From: Schizochytrium sp. TIO01
Taxonomy: Eukaryota > Protista > Bigyra: Labyrinthulomycetes
Assembly: GCA_004764695.1 (NCBI GenBank)
Contig: SMSO01000032.1
Coordinates: 4,496,483-4,560,482, forward strand
Length of the DNA: 64,000 bases
Direction of reading: 5' to 3'
The position numbers and the translations under genes are program-made. This document shows positions 1 to 10,935 of this stretch, in pieces (position 1 is the stretch's first letter; each line of letters opens with the position of its first letter). The notes below the pieces were generated by a model. It had not been told where the DNA came from, searched no databases, and worked only from the letters and a program-made list of their open reading frames with translations.

Positions 1-1
1 T

Positions 2-385
2 GTTGTGCTATGTGTTGTTGACATTCAGAATTGTCAAACTCCTCTTATGCTACTCACCTCGCTCGCATCAGCTAATGATTTTACTGTGATCCTTTGTTGG
101 AGTCAACAAGAATGTGCTCGCTATCTTGAAACATACAAGATCTATGAACGGAAAGCGCCAAAAGCAATTCAAGAGCGCATTGACGCAGGTTACCTACCCA
201 AACTCGAGGACGCACTGACCGTTATACGGTCCGTAAACCGCACAGATGTGAAGGTCTTGTCATCAAATTTTGGGCCTCTCCGCAACATTATGTGCTCCTC
301 TATGGAGGAATTATCTTTATGTCAAGGAATTGGAGACAAGAAGCTGCGTCGATTATATGCCACGTTTAACGACCCTTTCCTGTAA
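2..385 (+). CDS. ERCC1: DNA excision repair protein ERCC1 (C-terminal part; 5' end outside window)
   Basis: Frame is open from the window edge. 'LCWSQQECARYLETYK', 'LTVIRSVNRTDV', 'LSLCQGIGDKK...FNDPF' match the ERCC1/Rad10 central domain end and HhH2 domain. Confidence 0.93.
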   Translation, partial: VVLCVVDIQNCQTPLMLLTSLASANDFTVILCWSQQECARYLETYKIYERKAPKAIQERIDAGYLPKLEDALTVIRSVNRTDVKVLSSNFGPLRNIMCSSMEELSLCQGIGDKKLRRLYATFNDPFL

Positions 386-940
386 TCAAAGTTGCTTTTC
401 TTTGAATAAGTTCAGACAATTGGTCTTCCCAAGCATTTTGACGAAACTGACGGGACAATTGAAATATTATAATATATAGGTCAGTTAACCTTTGGGAACG
501 AAGCTGCGCACGTTTCCATCTAGCTACACCAATAGCAGCAATAGTTTTTCATAGTAAAATCACGCCAATTTATAGTTTGGGACAGAGTCATTATACCTGG
601 AACATATATGTGCTATAGCATGTTATAGAGCTAAAAAATTTCCAATTTCCTCTTCCTACCTAAATCACTTCGCAGGATGTGAGGTTTTACACCTTTAAAA
701 TCCATAAGAGGTGGGCAAGCTAAACTTTCTTGCTTTAGTCTCCACTATTCATACAGGCAGTAGAATTTTGTGTGTTTGTACTGGAAGAAGTGTTCGTCCC
801 ATTTGGGAAAGCAATGACGAAGATGATAAGTGTAGATCAACAAATTGGGATGGGGGGAAATGGAGTTATATTAGCCATGGGCTGCACGGCATTTCGTGCG
901 AACTATATAGCAAGAACCTGCAAATCATGCATAAATTAGC

Positions 941-3900
941 TTACCCGAGGAGTTCTTCCAAGCCTGCCCGGAAACGAGTAACAGCCTTATCAATCTCCTC
1001 TTGTGCAGCAGCGTAGGAGAAGCGAACTCCGTACGACGCGCCAAAAGCATCACCAGGAGGGAGCGCAACGCCGTGATCCTGAATAAGGTAGCTGCAAAGG
1101 TCTGTCGTTGTATTGATTACGCGGCCACTGCGAGACTTTAGGCCCTTGGACAAATAGAACGACACATCTGGAAAGACGTAGAAGGCACCACGAGGTACGG
1201 GGCAGACAACATGCGGAATCTCGCGCAGAGCATTTACAATGCTGTCGCGTTTTACTCGAAGCTGATCGTACAGAGGTGTAAGCATCTCCTCGGGGACCTT
1301 CTCCAATGCTGCAATACCAGCAAACTGGGAGATAGATGAGGCACTCGAGTTCAACTGAGACTGCAACTTCAGCGCGGCTGAACTAATCCGGGCATCCGGA
1401 CTAGCTAAGTAGGCCAGGCGGAATCCAGTCATAGCATAGCCCTTCGAAAAGCCGTTCACGATCATTGTTCTCTCATACATGCCAGGCAGGGATGCAAACG
1501 AGACGTGTTCCAAGCCATCATAAGTGAGCCTCTCGTAAATCTCATCCGAGAGAATCAAAACATGTGCATATCGAGGTTCACGAAGCACTGCGGCCAAGGC
1601 CTCAAGCTCGTCCTTGGAGTAGGTGCAACCAGTTGGGTTACACGGATTGCAAAAAATCAGCACGCGAGTTTGAGGTGTGAGAGCATCGCGAAGTTGGTCA
1701 GGGGTGAGAATGTAATCATTACCCGGCTCTCGGTCGACAATGACAGGCTTTGCGCCACTCAAACGGACAATCTCGGGGTACGAAACCCAGTAAGGAGCTG
1801 GGATAACAACCTCGTCACCTTCTTCGCAAAGAGCCATGATCGCGCAGAAGATTGCTTGCTTTCCGCCATGAGTGATGAGAATGTCCTTGGAAGGGTTGTA
1901 CTGGACATTCTTGCGCTTTGCATAATCGTTACATACAGCCTGCTTCAATTCATGCCAGCCGCCCACAGGAGTGTAGCGAGTCTTGCCTGTATGAGCTGCT
2001 TCAACAACTGCGTCAAGAACAGGCTGAGGGGGGTCAAAGTCTGGCTCTCCAACTGTGAGAGTTGTGACAATATCTTGGCCCTGACGCTGCAACTCAATGG
2101 CAAGAGCATGCGTCTCTGAGGTTTTCGAAGGTTGAATTCTACCAACAAACTTTGTGAGGCGCGTGCCAGTGGTTTCCTTCTCCTGACTTTCCTTATCAGA
2201 AGATTGGCGAAGCTGTTCAACAATTCGATGCATAGCAGCCTCCAATCCTTCAAGCTGCGCAGAAGAATTGGGGTTGCACTTGTACAGGGCACTAAAGAGG
2301 TCGAAAGAATCCTTGCAAGTATTGTCTACCAAGGCAAGAAGGGTCTCAAATCCCTTTGTATTTATCGGCGTTGAACGCAGCTGCAGTTGTGCGAGCATAC
2401 GACCAGTGAAGTGTGTAACAAACTGGCTTCCTGCAGCAGCTTCGTCGTGCATCTCGCATGACATGTCTACCATACGACATCCCGCCTTGCGAAAGATGTC
2501 CAAGAAGGTTTCACAACGCCGGTCGGATTGCAAAAACCCATCCAGCTTGCTGCGACCCACACGCACCTTTTCGTAGACACAGGGAAGGCCTCGCCAAGAA
2601 AACTTTCCTGATTCTGGGCCAAACATTGGGTGAGTGCACAGAATGTCAGCAGAATCCGGAAGAAGAACCTGGAGAACATTCTTAGGAAGCATCTTCACAG
2701 AGAGGACATCAACAACAAGAACGTTATTAAGCAACTCAGTGGGGATAGCACGAACCACCTTTTCAAAGGACAGAATTGAAACAGAGATCACTAAACAATC
2801 AAGACCATCGGCGGCAGCAAACATTTCCTCAACAGTATGAGAAAAATGAACTCCAAGTTCCTTAGCCTGCGAGCTGTAATCGGCACGTGAGCAACCATAA
2901 ACTGAGTGATTGCGGACAAAGGTCTTTGCCAGGAATTGGCCGAAGTTACCAAAACCGATAATTCCAATCTTGAGCTTACGGGAGCCAGCGAAGGTTGCTG
3001 ATCTGCCAGAGCCGGAAGAAGCTACCTCAACCTGAGAGCTTTGAAATGCAGAATGCGTCACTCCAGATGGTACATCAACGGCCTCAGCCACATAGTCGGT
3101 AAGAATTGAGTCTCGTGGGTAGGATCCAAGCACTCGAATGTAACGCGCCATTTCTGTCACATGGCGGATAGCATTTTGGACCTTGGGATCTGACAAAGAT
3201 CCAGCAATATCAACATAGAAGATGAACTGAAACCGTTTAATGCTTGCATCTTCATCCTGCGGTGCTGTAATGCTTGACTCAGCCTCACTGTTTCCCTCCG
3301 TTGCGGACGTCACGGACAAGCGAAGTCTTGCAATTAAGTCCTGGTCTTCTGTAGGGATCATCTGCTCATCACTCTTGCCCTCAGCAACAAGCTCTAAACC
3401 CTGAAGACGAAGCTTATCCGGCCGCGACTCAAGTTTAGTGAGGCTAATGTCTCGAAAGCTGAACGCAGAGAGTGCGCGCACAAGCACCCCAGGGTAGTTT
3501 ACCAAAGAAAATACCATAGTGGTCTTCCATGCAAACGAGGAAGCTCCAGGCGATTGAAGCGGCAACCAGCGTTTTGAGAGCAGAAGGAAGCGAGTGTAAT
3601 TTTCCTCCTCATCCTCAATGCCTGACTGCAACAGTTCAAGACCGTAGTGCTCTGCTGCGAGAGTAGATGCAATAGCAGCGCAGTCGTGAAGCTGCATTTG
3701 GGCAATCATCTTGGCACTGCCTGCAGTGTCGTAGGAGGATTCGCCTGTAAGGCCATTGCTACGAAGGAAACCATCGCATTGTGCCAAAGCTTGGGGATGG
3801 CTCATGACCTTGCGAATCTGATTCATTTGCACGCCCGGGAGCACCATCAGCGAGTGACGTACACGAAAGTTGTGCTCCGCAACAGTAAAAAACTTGTGAC

Positions 3901-4114
3901 GCAGCTGCAAGTCATAATTTGCATGAATACTGCCGCCAAGGCTGTTCTCGATAGGAACAAGCGCAAATTCCACATCACCCTTTGAGACAGCTTCGAAAAC
4001 TGCGTCAAAAGAAGATAGCCCCTTGGTTAAGATGGAGGGGCCTAAGAGTTCAAGTGCAGCTTGCTCGCTGTATGCACCAGGCTCGCCTTGGTAAGCCACG
4101 CGAGGGGGGCTCAT
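941..4114 (-). CDS. Trifunctional arogenate/prephenate dehydratase (PDT+ACT) - arogenate dehydrogenase (TyrA) - class Ib aspartate/prephenate aminotransferase fusion, 1057 aa
   Basis: One uninterrupted ORF. aa ~4-335: VAYQGEPGAYSE, PIENS, SHPQALAQC, NYTRF, LESRP, LGSYP (PDT/ADT + ACT). aa ~380-635: IGIIGFGNFGQFL, HPMFGPESG, HDEAAAGSQFVTHFTGR, STPINTKGFE (plant-type TyrA). aa ~650-1057: PSKT, GEPDF, NPCNPTG, SDEIYE, NGFSKGYAMTGFRL (PLP Lys891). Confidence 0.95.
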   Translation of the reverse strand: MSPPRVAYQGEPGAYSEQAALELLGPSILTKGLSSFDAVFEAVSKGDVEFALVPIENSLGGSIHANYDLQLRHKFFTVAEHNFRVRHSLMVLPGVQMNQIRKVMSHPQALAQCDGFLRSNGLTGESSYDTAGSAKMIAQMQLHDCAAIASTLAAEHYGLELLQSGIEDEEENYTRFLLLSKRWLPLQSPGASSFAWKTTMVFSLVNYPGVLVRALSAFSFRDISLTKLESRPDKLRLQGLELVAEGKSDEQMIPTEDQDLIARLRLSVTSATEGNSEAESSITAPQDEDASIKRFQFIFYVDIAGSLSDPKVQNAIRHVTEMARYIRVLGSYPRDSILTDYVAEAVDVPSGVTHSAFQSSQVEVASSGSGRSATFAGSRKLKIGIIGFGNFGQFLAKTFVRNHSVYGCSRADYSSQAKELGVHFSHTVEEMFAAADGLDCLVISVSILSFEKVVRAIPTELLNNVLVVDVLSVKMLPKNVLQVLLPDSADILCTHPMFGPESGKFSWRGLPCVYEKVRVGRSKLDGFLQSDRRCETFLDIFRKAGCRMVDMSCEMHDEAAAGSQFVTHFTGRMLAQLQLRSTPINTKGFETLLALVDNTCKDSFDLFSALYKCNPNSSAQLEGLEAAMHRIVEQLRQSSDKESQEKETTGTRLTKFVGRIQPSKTSETHALAIELQRQGQDIVTTLTVGEPDFDPPQPVLDAVVEAAHTGKTRYTPVGGWHELKQAVCNDYAKRKNVQYNPSKDILITHGGKQAIFCAIMALCEEGDEVVIPAPYWVSYPEIVRLSGAKPVIVDREPGNDYILTPDQLRDALTPQTRVLIFCNPCNPTGCTYSKDELEALAAVLREPRYAHVLILSDEIYERLTYDGLEHVSFASLPGMYERTMIVNGFSKGYAMTGFRLAYLASPDARISSAALKLQSQLNSSASSISQFAGIAALEKVPEEMLTPLYDQLRVKRDSIVNALREIPHVVCPVPRGAFYVFPDVSFYLSKGLKSRSGRVINTTTDLCSYLIQDHGVALPPGDAFGASYGVRFSYAAAQEEIDKAVTRFRAGLEELLG

Positions 4115-7100
4115 GGTGCCTGACGCTTAAGCGAAAGCAAGTAAAAGCACTCACTAAGGAAGGCAAGCTCTAGATGTTATAGACGCAGGCAGTAGCAGAA
4201 GACAATGTTGATCTCTCAGAAGAGGTAATACTGATCTGCCTCTACTTGAGCATGATGAATCATCATCTGCTACACCACTCCCTCGCTCTTTGCATATAAG
4301 GAAATCCTTAGGATATTTAATTATCTAATACTAGCTATTCATTTACACCCTTGCTATGAGTAACTCTACACGTCAAAAGTTTAGCAGCGTAAACTTTCAT
4401 TAATAAATAGTAGTAGTCAACTACCTCTAGGTAGAATCAGCTTTTTTCTTTTTCTCTAGGCCGAGCTAGTATATTGTAATGGTGCATAGTGACAACTTTT
4501 TTTTCTTTATTATTATTATTATAAATGTATATTGATGAAATAAGGTAGGTAATACCTGCACCCAATTATAGATAGTTCGCCCTGTGTTTCTGCGGAGAAC
4601 ATTATTCGAATGCTCTCCAACATTTGAATTGAAGAGTCTTGGAAGATTACTAAGATAAACTTTGTTTGCCTTCTACTCTGCGCTCAATTGCTCTCTTTGA
4701 TTGATCAACAAGATCGTGGTTTTTTACTTTACGCGTTGAGTTTTCATGACTTCATTGTTACCTTCATTAAGATAGCTTATGACTGACTCCCCACGCCAGC
4801 GAAATCACCCATTCACATCGCATGTATAGTACATCATCATTCATTCACGAACGAACGAACGATGATTCCAGGAACAAGTCATTTGAAATAGTGAGAGAAT
4901 AGAAAAAAAGGAATTAAAACATTATATGTGTTTGCTTTTTGTTATTTACTCTTTCCCTTCTTTCCCCTCCCCCCTCTTTTTCAGTATCGACCCTTAGTAA
5001 GGCACCTTTGGAACTAAGTTATCTACTACCCTCTAATTACCACCATTAATGATGAGTTCATAATAACAGCGCTGATGTCTCCTTTTTTCTTCACTCCTTG
5101 TTCAATGAATCTAAGATGTGAAGGGAAGAGAAAGAAACCCACCAAAACAACTCAGAGCATAGATAGGAAAAGACGCAAGAAAGAGTGTTTTATCAATATA
5201 ATTCATTCCTTGGTCTATCTTAGATAATCTATCCATAGTTAGACTACCTCATCCTGGTGAAGTTTATTTTATTTAGTCTTCTTTTTTTGTTTCATATTTA
5301 ATATAGTAGTAGTAATGTCCCTAATGGTATGTTGGTTCCCAGCCCAACCTCATCTCCCTCTTACTAAATTGGTTGTTTACTTCTTTTATAGATGTATTGG
5401 GAAAATCTAGTTTTGTTTTTTTGGTCCCTAATATAGAACCATTTAGACCATGAAAATCAATAAATAAAATATTTAATACAAATAAAATATAAAATATATA
5501 ATTTACAAAATAATAATATTTGAACAAAGTAATTTTGTAATATTTCATTAATATTTTGATATATTTTGAAACATATTACAAAAATTTATGTAAATTCCTT
5601 GAAGTTTGACATTGCTAGAGTATCATGTGAGCTTATTTGGTTGATTTAAAAATTTTCGTAGAAGTTTGTTGCTGTTTCTAAGTTTATTTGATCTAATCTA
5701 TAATAGGACAATCATTGGGCTATATAGCGCTAACAGGTGCCACAAGAAATAATAAGAGATGGTAAGTAAATATATTTAATACCCTTAAAAACTAGTATAC
5801 TTTTTCCTTTTTTAGAAATAAGATATAGATTTCTAAGAATAGATAGAGTCTGATTAATCTGTTCTTTTCAAAGTAGAATATCGAATATTCATGATGTTGT
5901 GTTGTGTGTCTGTGTTTCAGAAAGATTTATCTGCCCTTTCTCTGAACGAAATACAACAAAACAAATTTAAACAATACTTACGTCGTTGGTAAGACATCAC
6001 ATCCGTACTCGATCAACATCAGCGTTAACTAATCCGATCCACCCCCCAATCCTAACAATAAATTTAGGACCCAGATCATTCTCTAAGAGTTCTTGCACAT
6101 TTTATTTTAGCCTAAATAAAACCTTGTTAATTAATTACTGTAAGTAAGGTAAGGGCGCCTGGTTAATTAATTTTCATTAAATTATTTATCTCTAACATTA
6201 GCTGGCAAGAGCAATACATCACATACATCATTATTTTATATTTATCTCCGTGGTTGAGCTCTACTTTATCTCACACAGATGTTTGATCCTTGTCTATTTT
6301 ATTATCAACGACAGTGGCAAATAAATCATATTTATGTTTTATGTTTTTTTATTCGAGGTCTCAATTAGTTAGTCGCATGCAACCAGGATGACTAAGTTAT
6401 CAATATAAACTGTTAGATCATCTTTTTCTTCAAAACAACCATTTATGATAAGTTTCAAATTTGCAGTTTTCGAATTCTTCATTTATTTATTCATTTTAAT
6501 TATAAAAACAGAGAGTTATACTGCAGTCCTAGTTAACCTCTCCAGATTATCAAACATCTCTCCTATTTTAAGTCCCGTACACAATTATTTGTAGTGAGTA
6601 ACAAACTCTTGAGGCAATAGATCACATCTCCACTATTGCTAGGTTCACTTTCTGAAGTACTTAATTGGAAGATACTTTAATAAGATATTCTCCGAGGTCT
6701 ATCTATATATGCAAAGTACTGACGATTTTAGAATCCCTTCTCTGTTTCCTACTTTTGCCATTTATGTGCACTTTAAAAAAAAATAGGTTAGCATAAATGA
6801 TAGCAACTTGCTGATTTGGTTAGATGATCTTGGTAAGTAACGTTCACTGCTAAAGTACGCAGGATTATAGATCTGAGTGGCTTGTTATGTTCATTAGGTG
6901 GCTGACTAATTTTTCAATTAACTTTCAATCGAAGAGCCGAAAGTTAAGATCCTTTCAATCTTACATCTTATCTTGCAGCTTCGTGCTGATCATGTATGTA
7001 TCTGTGGTTCGATTTTCTATGACCTAACTACTTAAGTTAATGGTATGTTTTTCCTGTTTACCCGAATGCAGAAACCAATTTCAACTATTAACGTTTTATC

Positions 7101-8843
7101 TTCTTCCAGTTAGCTATAATATTCCTATGATCCTATGATGTAAGATGCTGGTCCAAGTATCGATGTCCTTGTGATAGTTCTTCAGATATCAATGTTTTCA
7201 TCATTATAACAATAAGCTAGTATTCTCACGTTTCTTGTTGAAAACTCTCCCATCTTGTGCATGGCCGATGTGTTTACATATTTCCTTATAAATCATTTGT
7301 TGGAACAGCGGTACGAAGTCTTACTAAGTCGCTTCTTTGCATGAAAAATTGGTCAATCTTGGAATACTATGATGTAAGATGTGCAATCGATCTTCCAGCC
7401 CTACAGGAGAAGTAATCCATTAAATGCTAGACCTATATTGGGAATGAAATATTGTTCACCCTCAAATATCAATGTACTGTGCTGAGCGCTAATCCTTGAT
7501 CGGTTGGAGGTTGTTTGGGAGAAGGAAGACGAGACGCTTGGAAAGCATAATAAAGACTTATGAAGGCATTGCATACCTATACTTTTTACAGATTTATTGA
7601 TTTGCTGACCTTGAGATGAGTACTAATGTGGATTGACTAGTACTCCAGTTGAAAGACTAAAATGCAGAATTCGAGTACTAGATAAATTTGTTGCCTCGAC
7701 CACTCGTTCTTTTTTTGGCCCTTAAAGCTTCACCTAATTGTGTAGTGCACTTTCACCTCTTGAGTACCCGATGCCTCACAATTTGCCTTTTATCAGATAG
7801 ATACTCTAGTTCTTATCATATATGTTTTCGCACATTTTAGGATTCACAAGATTGTGTCCTCGTGACCCTTCATTTGGTGAGATCTCAACATGCAGAGAGA
7901 TTTCATGTCATCTTATTCAAAACAGTACGCTCATACGAACGTCATTGTAGGGAAGAGTCGGGAGACATAATGAGGCTTCAAAAACAATAATATTAAAGAT
8001 TAATTTCACGATCGATGCTCTTCGCCCAATATTGATCTGTCTGTCTGCCAAAGCTTCAATTTCATTTTATCTGTATGATCGTATTGATGTAGATTTAAGG
8101 ACTCAAGCACCTTCCGTTCACTCTCCCTGTAATGAACAAAAAGGAACCTTTCCCATTCAAGTAATGTCCTAAATCGATAAATCACGGATTTAGAGAGTGC
8201 TTCCAATGCCATACGAAGTAAACCCTAATGACTGCGACCTCGCAACTTTTTCCACATTTGTAGGTTTGATGAAATTAAAAACGAAAATATGATGAACCCA
8301 TAAGCATGGGATGAAAGTATTAAACTCCTAAATTGTGTGATGCTACTGCATCTTGCTCAAACAAGATAGGCTACGATTAGGCAAAATACGATTTTTTTTT
8401 TTTTCAGGATTGGCACATGCCAAGCTCTGAAATAATAGAGGGGACGAGCAGAGGATTCGTGTTAATCTAGGCATTCGTTTGATGACAGGTATATATTTCC
8501 AAATGTGTGTTGGATCTCGATAGGTTTATCATATTGTGAAGTAGGTGGCCAGAGGGCTAAGTCGTATCATACATTAGGAGATAAGTGGTAAAAAAAATGT
8601 GTGATACTCTTTTTATCGTTACTTTTAGAAGCCAATGTAGAAGAAAGATAATATTGGATTTCTTTGCTGCAGGACTTGACACTCCGGTCCCAAGAAGAAG
8701 AATGCTGATAAAAGAATTCAAATTTTGTGGTTACGATCATCAAAAGACGGGTTAAGGAGGAGAGAGGAGAGTACGGAGTGAAAAGTTTGATTTGAAAGCT
8801 CAGGCGCAACTCTGCACCAGAGTGACAAATAGGAGGTTTAAAT

Positions 8844-9788
8844 CTATGACGAGGACTGAAGCGCCTGCAAATGACGTTTCCAGGTCACTGCTTTCGCTTT
8901 GAGGATAAGAATTGCGCGACGAATAATTTCCATTGGCGGCAAGGATCCCACACTTTCTACGCTAAAGATGAAATGGTCCGAGACACGGTAGAGTTCGACG
9001 CAGTCTTTAAATTCGTCAAGGCGAATGCACTCGCGGCACATTGTACATCTCCGGGGATCCCGAACAGTGAGTGTGCCTGCATCTTCGATGTCGAATACAT
9101 CTCGCGGGCAGGCCTCTTTGATGGCCATTGCCACATCTCCGTTAGCGAGTTTCTGGTTTACGTCGATCTTCGGCATAATACGATATGTGGCAGTTGCAAC
9201 TGGGGACCACTTAGCATGATCTTGGCCCTTACCAACACGGCAAACAGCACGCATGTGAATTTGCTGTCCTGGCAAAAGTTTCGCGAGGAGGATATCCTTG
9301 TGCACAGGGCGAGGCTCGAACTGGGCCCAATACTCCTTTTGATCAGGGAATTTGCTTTCTGGGCTCTCATCTGGCTGGAAAATGAGATCTGAAGAGTAGA
9401 CATTCATGGGCTTACCTTTGCACGTAATGGTAAGCTCGAAGAAGAGAGGTTCGTTTGGGCGCACGTGACGGGGGTCTACGGCAAGCGGCACCATAGCTAC
9501 GCGGTGTACAAGAACTTCATCTGGGATAATCGACGTGTTTTGCATGAGACCAATCTGGTCCACAGCAACGGTTTCCACTTCTGCAATCATGATGCGGCGG
9601 AGCGCATTCGCGATAGATGGATCCGTGTTCAGAAGCTCGAACCGAACACGGAGAATCTTCTCCTCCTCCAGAACACGCTCGTCGGAATCAAAGGGCTCGA
9701 TGAATTGAACCTTGATGTCATCGAGGGATTTAAACTCAGACTCGCGGCTGAAGAGGCGGTGAGGGCCATCGTTGTCGACACGAAACAT
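8844..9788 (-). CDS. POLR1C: DNA-directed RNA polymerase I/III subunit RPAC1 (AC40)
   Basis: 'DPSIANALRRIMIAEV', 'NTSIIPDEVLVHRVAMVP', 'DILLAKLLPGQ', 'GQDHAKWSPVATATYR', 'CPRDVFDIE', 'RCTMCREC', 'DHFIFSVESVG' are RPC40/POLR1C signatures. Confidence 0.95.
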   Translation of the reverse strand: MFRVDNDGPHRLFSRESEFKSLDDIKVQFIEPFDSDERVLEEEKILRVRFELLNTDPSIANALRRIMIAEVETVAVDQIGLMQNTSIIPDEVLVHRVAMVPLAVDPRHVRPNEPLFFELTITCKGKPMNVYSSDLIFQPDESPESKFPDQKEYWAQFEPRPVHKDILLAKLLPGQQIHMRAVCRVGKGQDHAKWSPVATATYRIMPKIDVNQKLANGDVAMAIKEACPRDVFDIEDAGTLTVRDPRRCTMCRECIRLDEFKDCVELYRVSDHFIFSVESVGSLPPMEIIRRAILILKAKAVTWKRHLQALQSSS

Positions 9789-9793
9789 TGTGA

Positions 9794-10097
9794 CTTAAGT
9801 GGGTTAGCGTTGCAGTGAATGGGATGCGGAGTTTTGAGAGTTTGACAGTCTGTGCAAGGGGCCTAGCACAGGAAAACTGAGCACTGGCGTGCTAAATAGC
9901 TCGATAACCAACCCGCAAGAACAACTCGAGAGTCAAAGAGAAGTTGTCTTTATGGTGACGAACAAACAAACCACTTGCTACACGCCACTGCTCCCGAAAG
10001 GCTGGCTGGCCGATGAGAAGAGCTCGTTGACAGACACGTTGCGAGAGAAAGAGGCCGTTCGCTCAACTGAGGTTGCGCTTCGTGCAAGAGTGCCTAC
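9794..10097 (-). other. Putative 5'-UTR intron of RPAC1
   Basis: Minus strand: donor GTAGGC at 10097, branch-like GCTAAC at 9808-9803, AG acceptor 5 nt upstream of the ATG. No transcript evidence. Confidence 0.4.
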
Positions 10098-10560
10098 CCT
10101 GCGCCTCGAGGTAGGTCCAAGTATTCTGGTTTATTGGTCGGCAAACTTGGTTGAGTTCGTTCTTGTCGCACTCGGCGTTTCGTGGTGATAATGGTGGTCA
10201 GCAGAGCTTGTGCCAGTGGTGGTGGTCTTGCTTCCTGTTCTAAGCACTACTAAGTAGTAATGGATAGGTAGGTTAGGTACTTAGGTATTTGTAAAATTTA
10301 GAAATAAACAATAAACAATAAAGCCAATGAATGTTTACAAAAATAGAGGGAGGAAGGTAGTGGTTCTACCATTCAATGTTGGTCCTACTCACAAAGATGA
10401 GACGGGAAGAACTACATGTATGAACATGGATTGCTAGCATGAGCGGATGAGCCCATACTTATCACCTACCGTCTGAAGCAGTCCTTAGGTACAGCTAGGT
10501 AGGTTAGCTACCTGTGTTTCTAGCTAGCTAGGTGTTTGCATGTTTGCCTAGCCTACCAGA

Positions 10561-10597
10561 TAGCTTAGCTTAGCTTAGCTTAGCTTAACTTAGCTTA
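10561..10597. repeat. (TAGCT)n pentanucleotide microsatellite, ~7 copies
   Basis: tagcttagcttagcttagcttagcttaacttagctta. Confidence 0.9.
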
Positions 10598-10908
10598 TTA
10601 TTAATATTAAATCAATCTATCTATCTCATTACTAAGTAATCAATCCAATTCAATAGCTAAGAGTGCCTAATAGCAAGTCAAATTAGGTAGGTAGACCTAC
10701 TTAGTAGGCAGGGGTCAAAGCTCTCTCTACAATAGGTACTTATTTATCTGTCTCTATAGCCAGGTCTCTTATGAGACAAATAAATGGATAAACGAATGAC
10801 TCCAAAGAGGAGAAAACATGTGAGTAAAGAGAAAGAGTAAAGGAAGGTACTACTCGACTGATAGTACCTAGCTAGTATAGTAACTTTTTGAAGCAGAGAA
10901 GCAAGAAC

Positions 10909-10935
10909 AAGAAGAAGAAGAAGAAGAAGAAGAAG
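10909..10935. repeat. (AAG)9 microsatellite
   Basis: Directly visible tandem AAG. Confidence 0.9.

Noticed and set aside
1505-3985. Antisense or alternate-frame ORFs inside large genes (e.g. 1505-2119; likewise within RPAC1, RBM28, RECQL, LTN1)
   Set aside because: Shadow ORFs of GC-richer coding sequence with no recognisable motifs.
5321-5548. AT-rich hydrophobic ORF resembling an organellar insertion (NUMT)
   Set aside because: F/Y/I/K richness follows from base composition; no mitochondrial gene motif.
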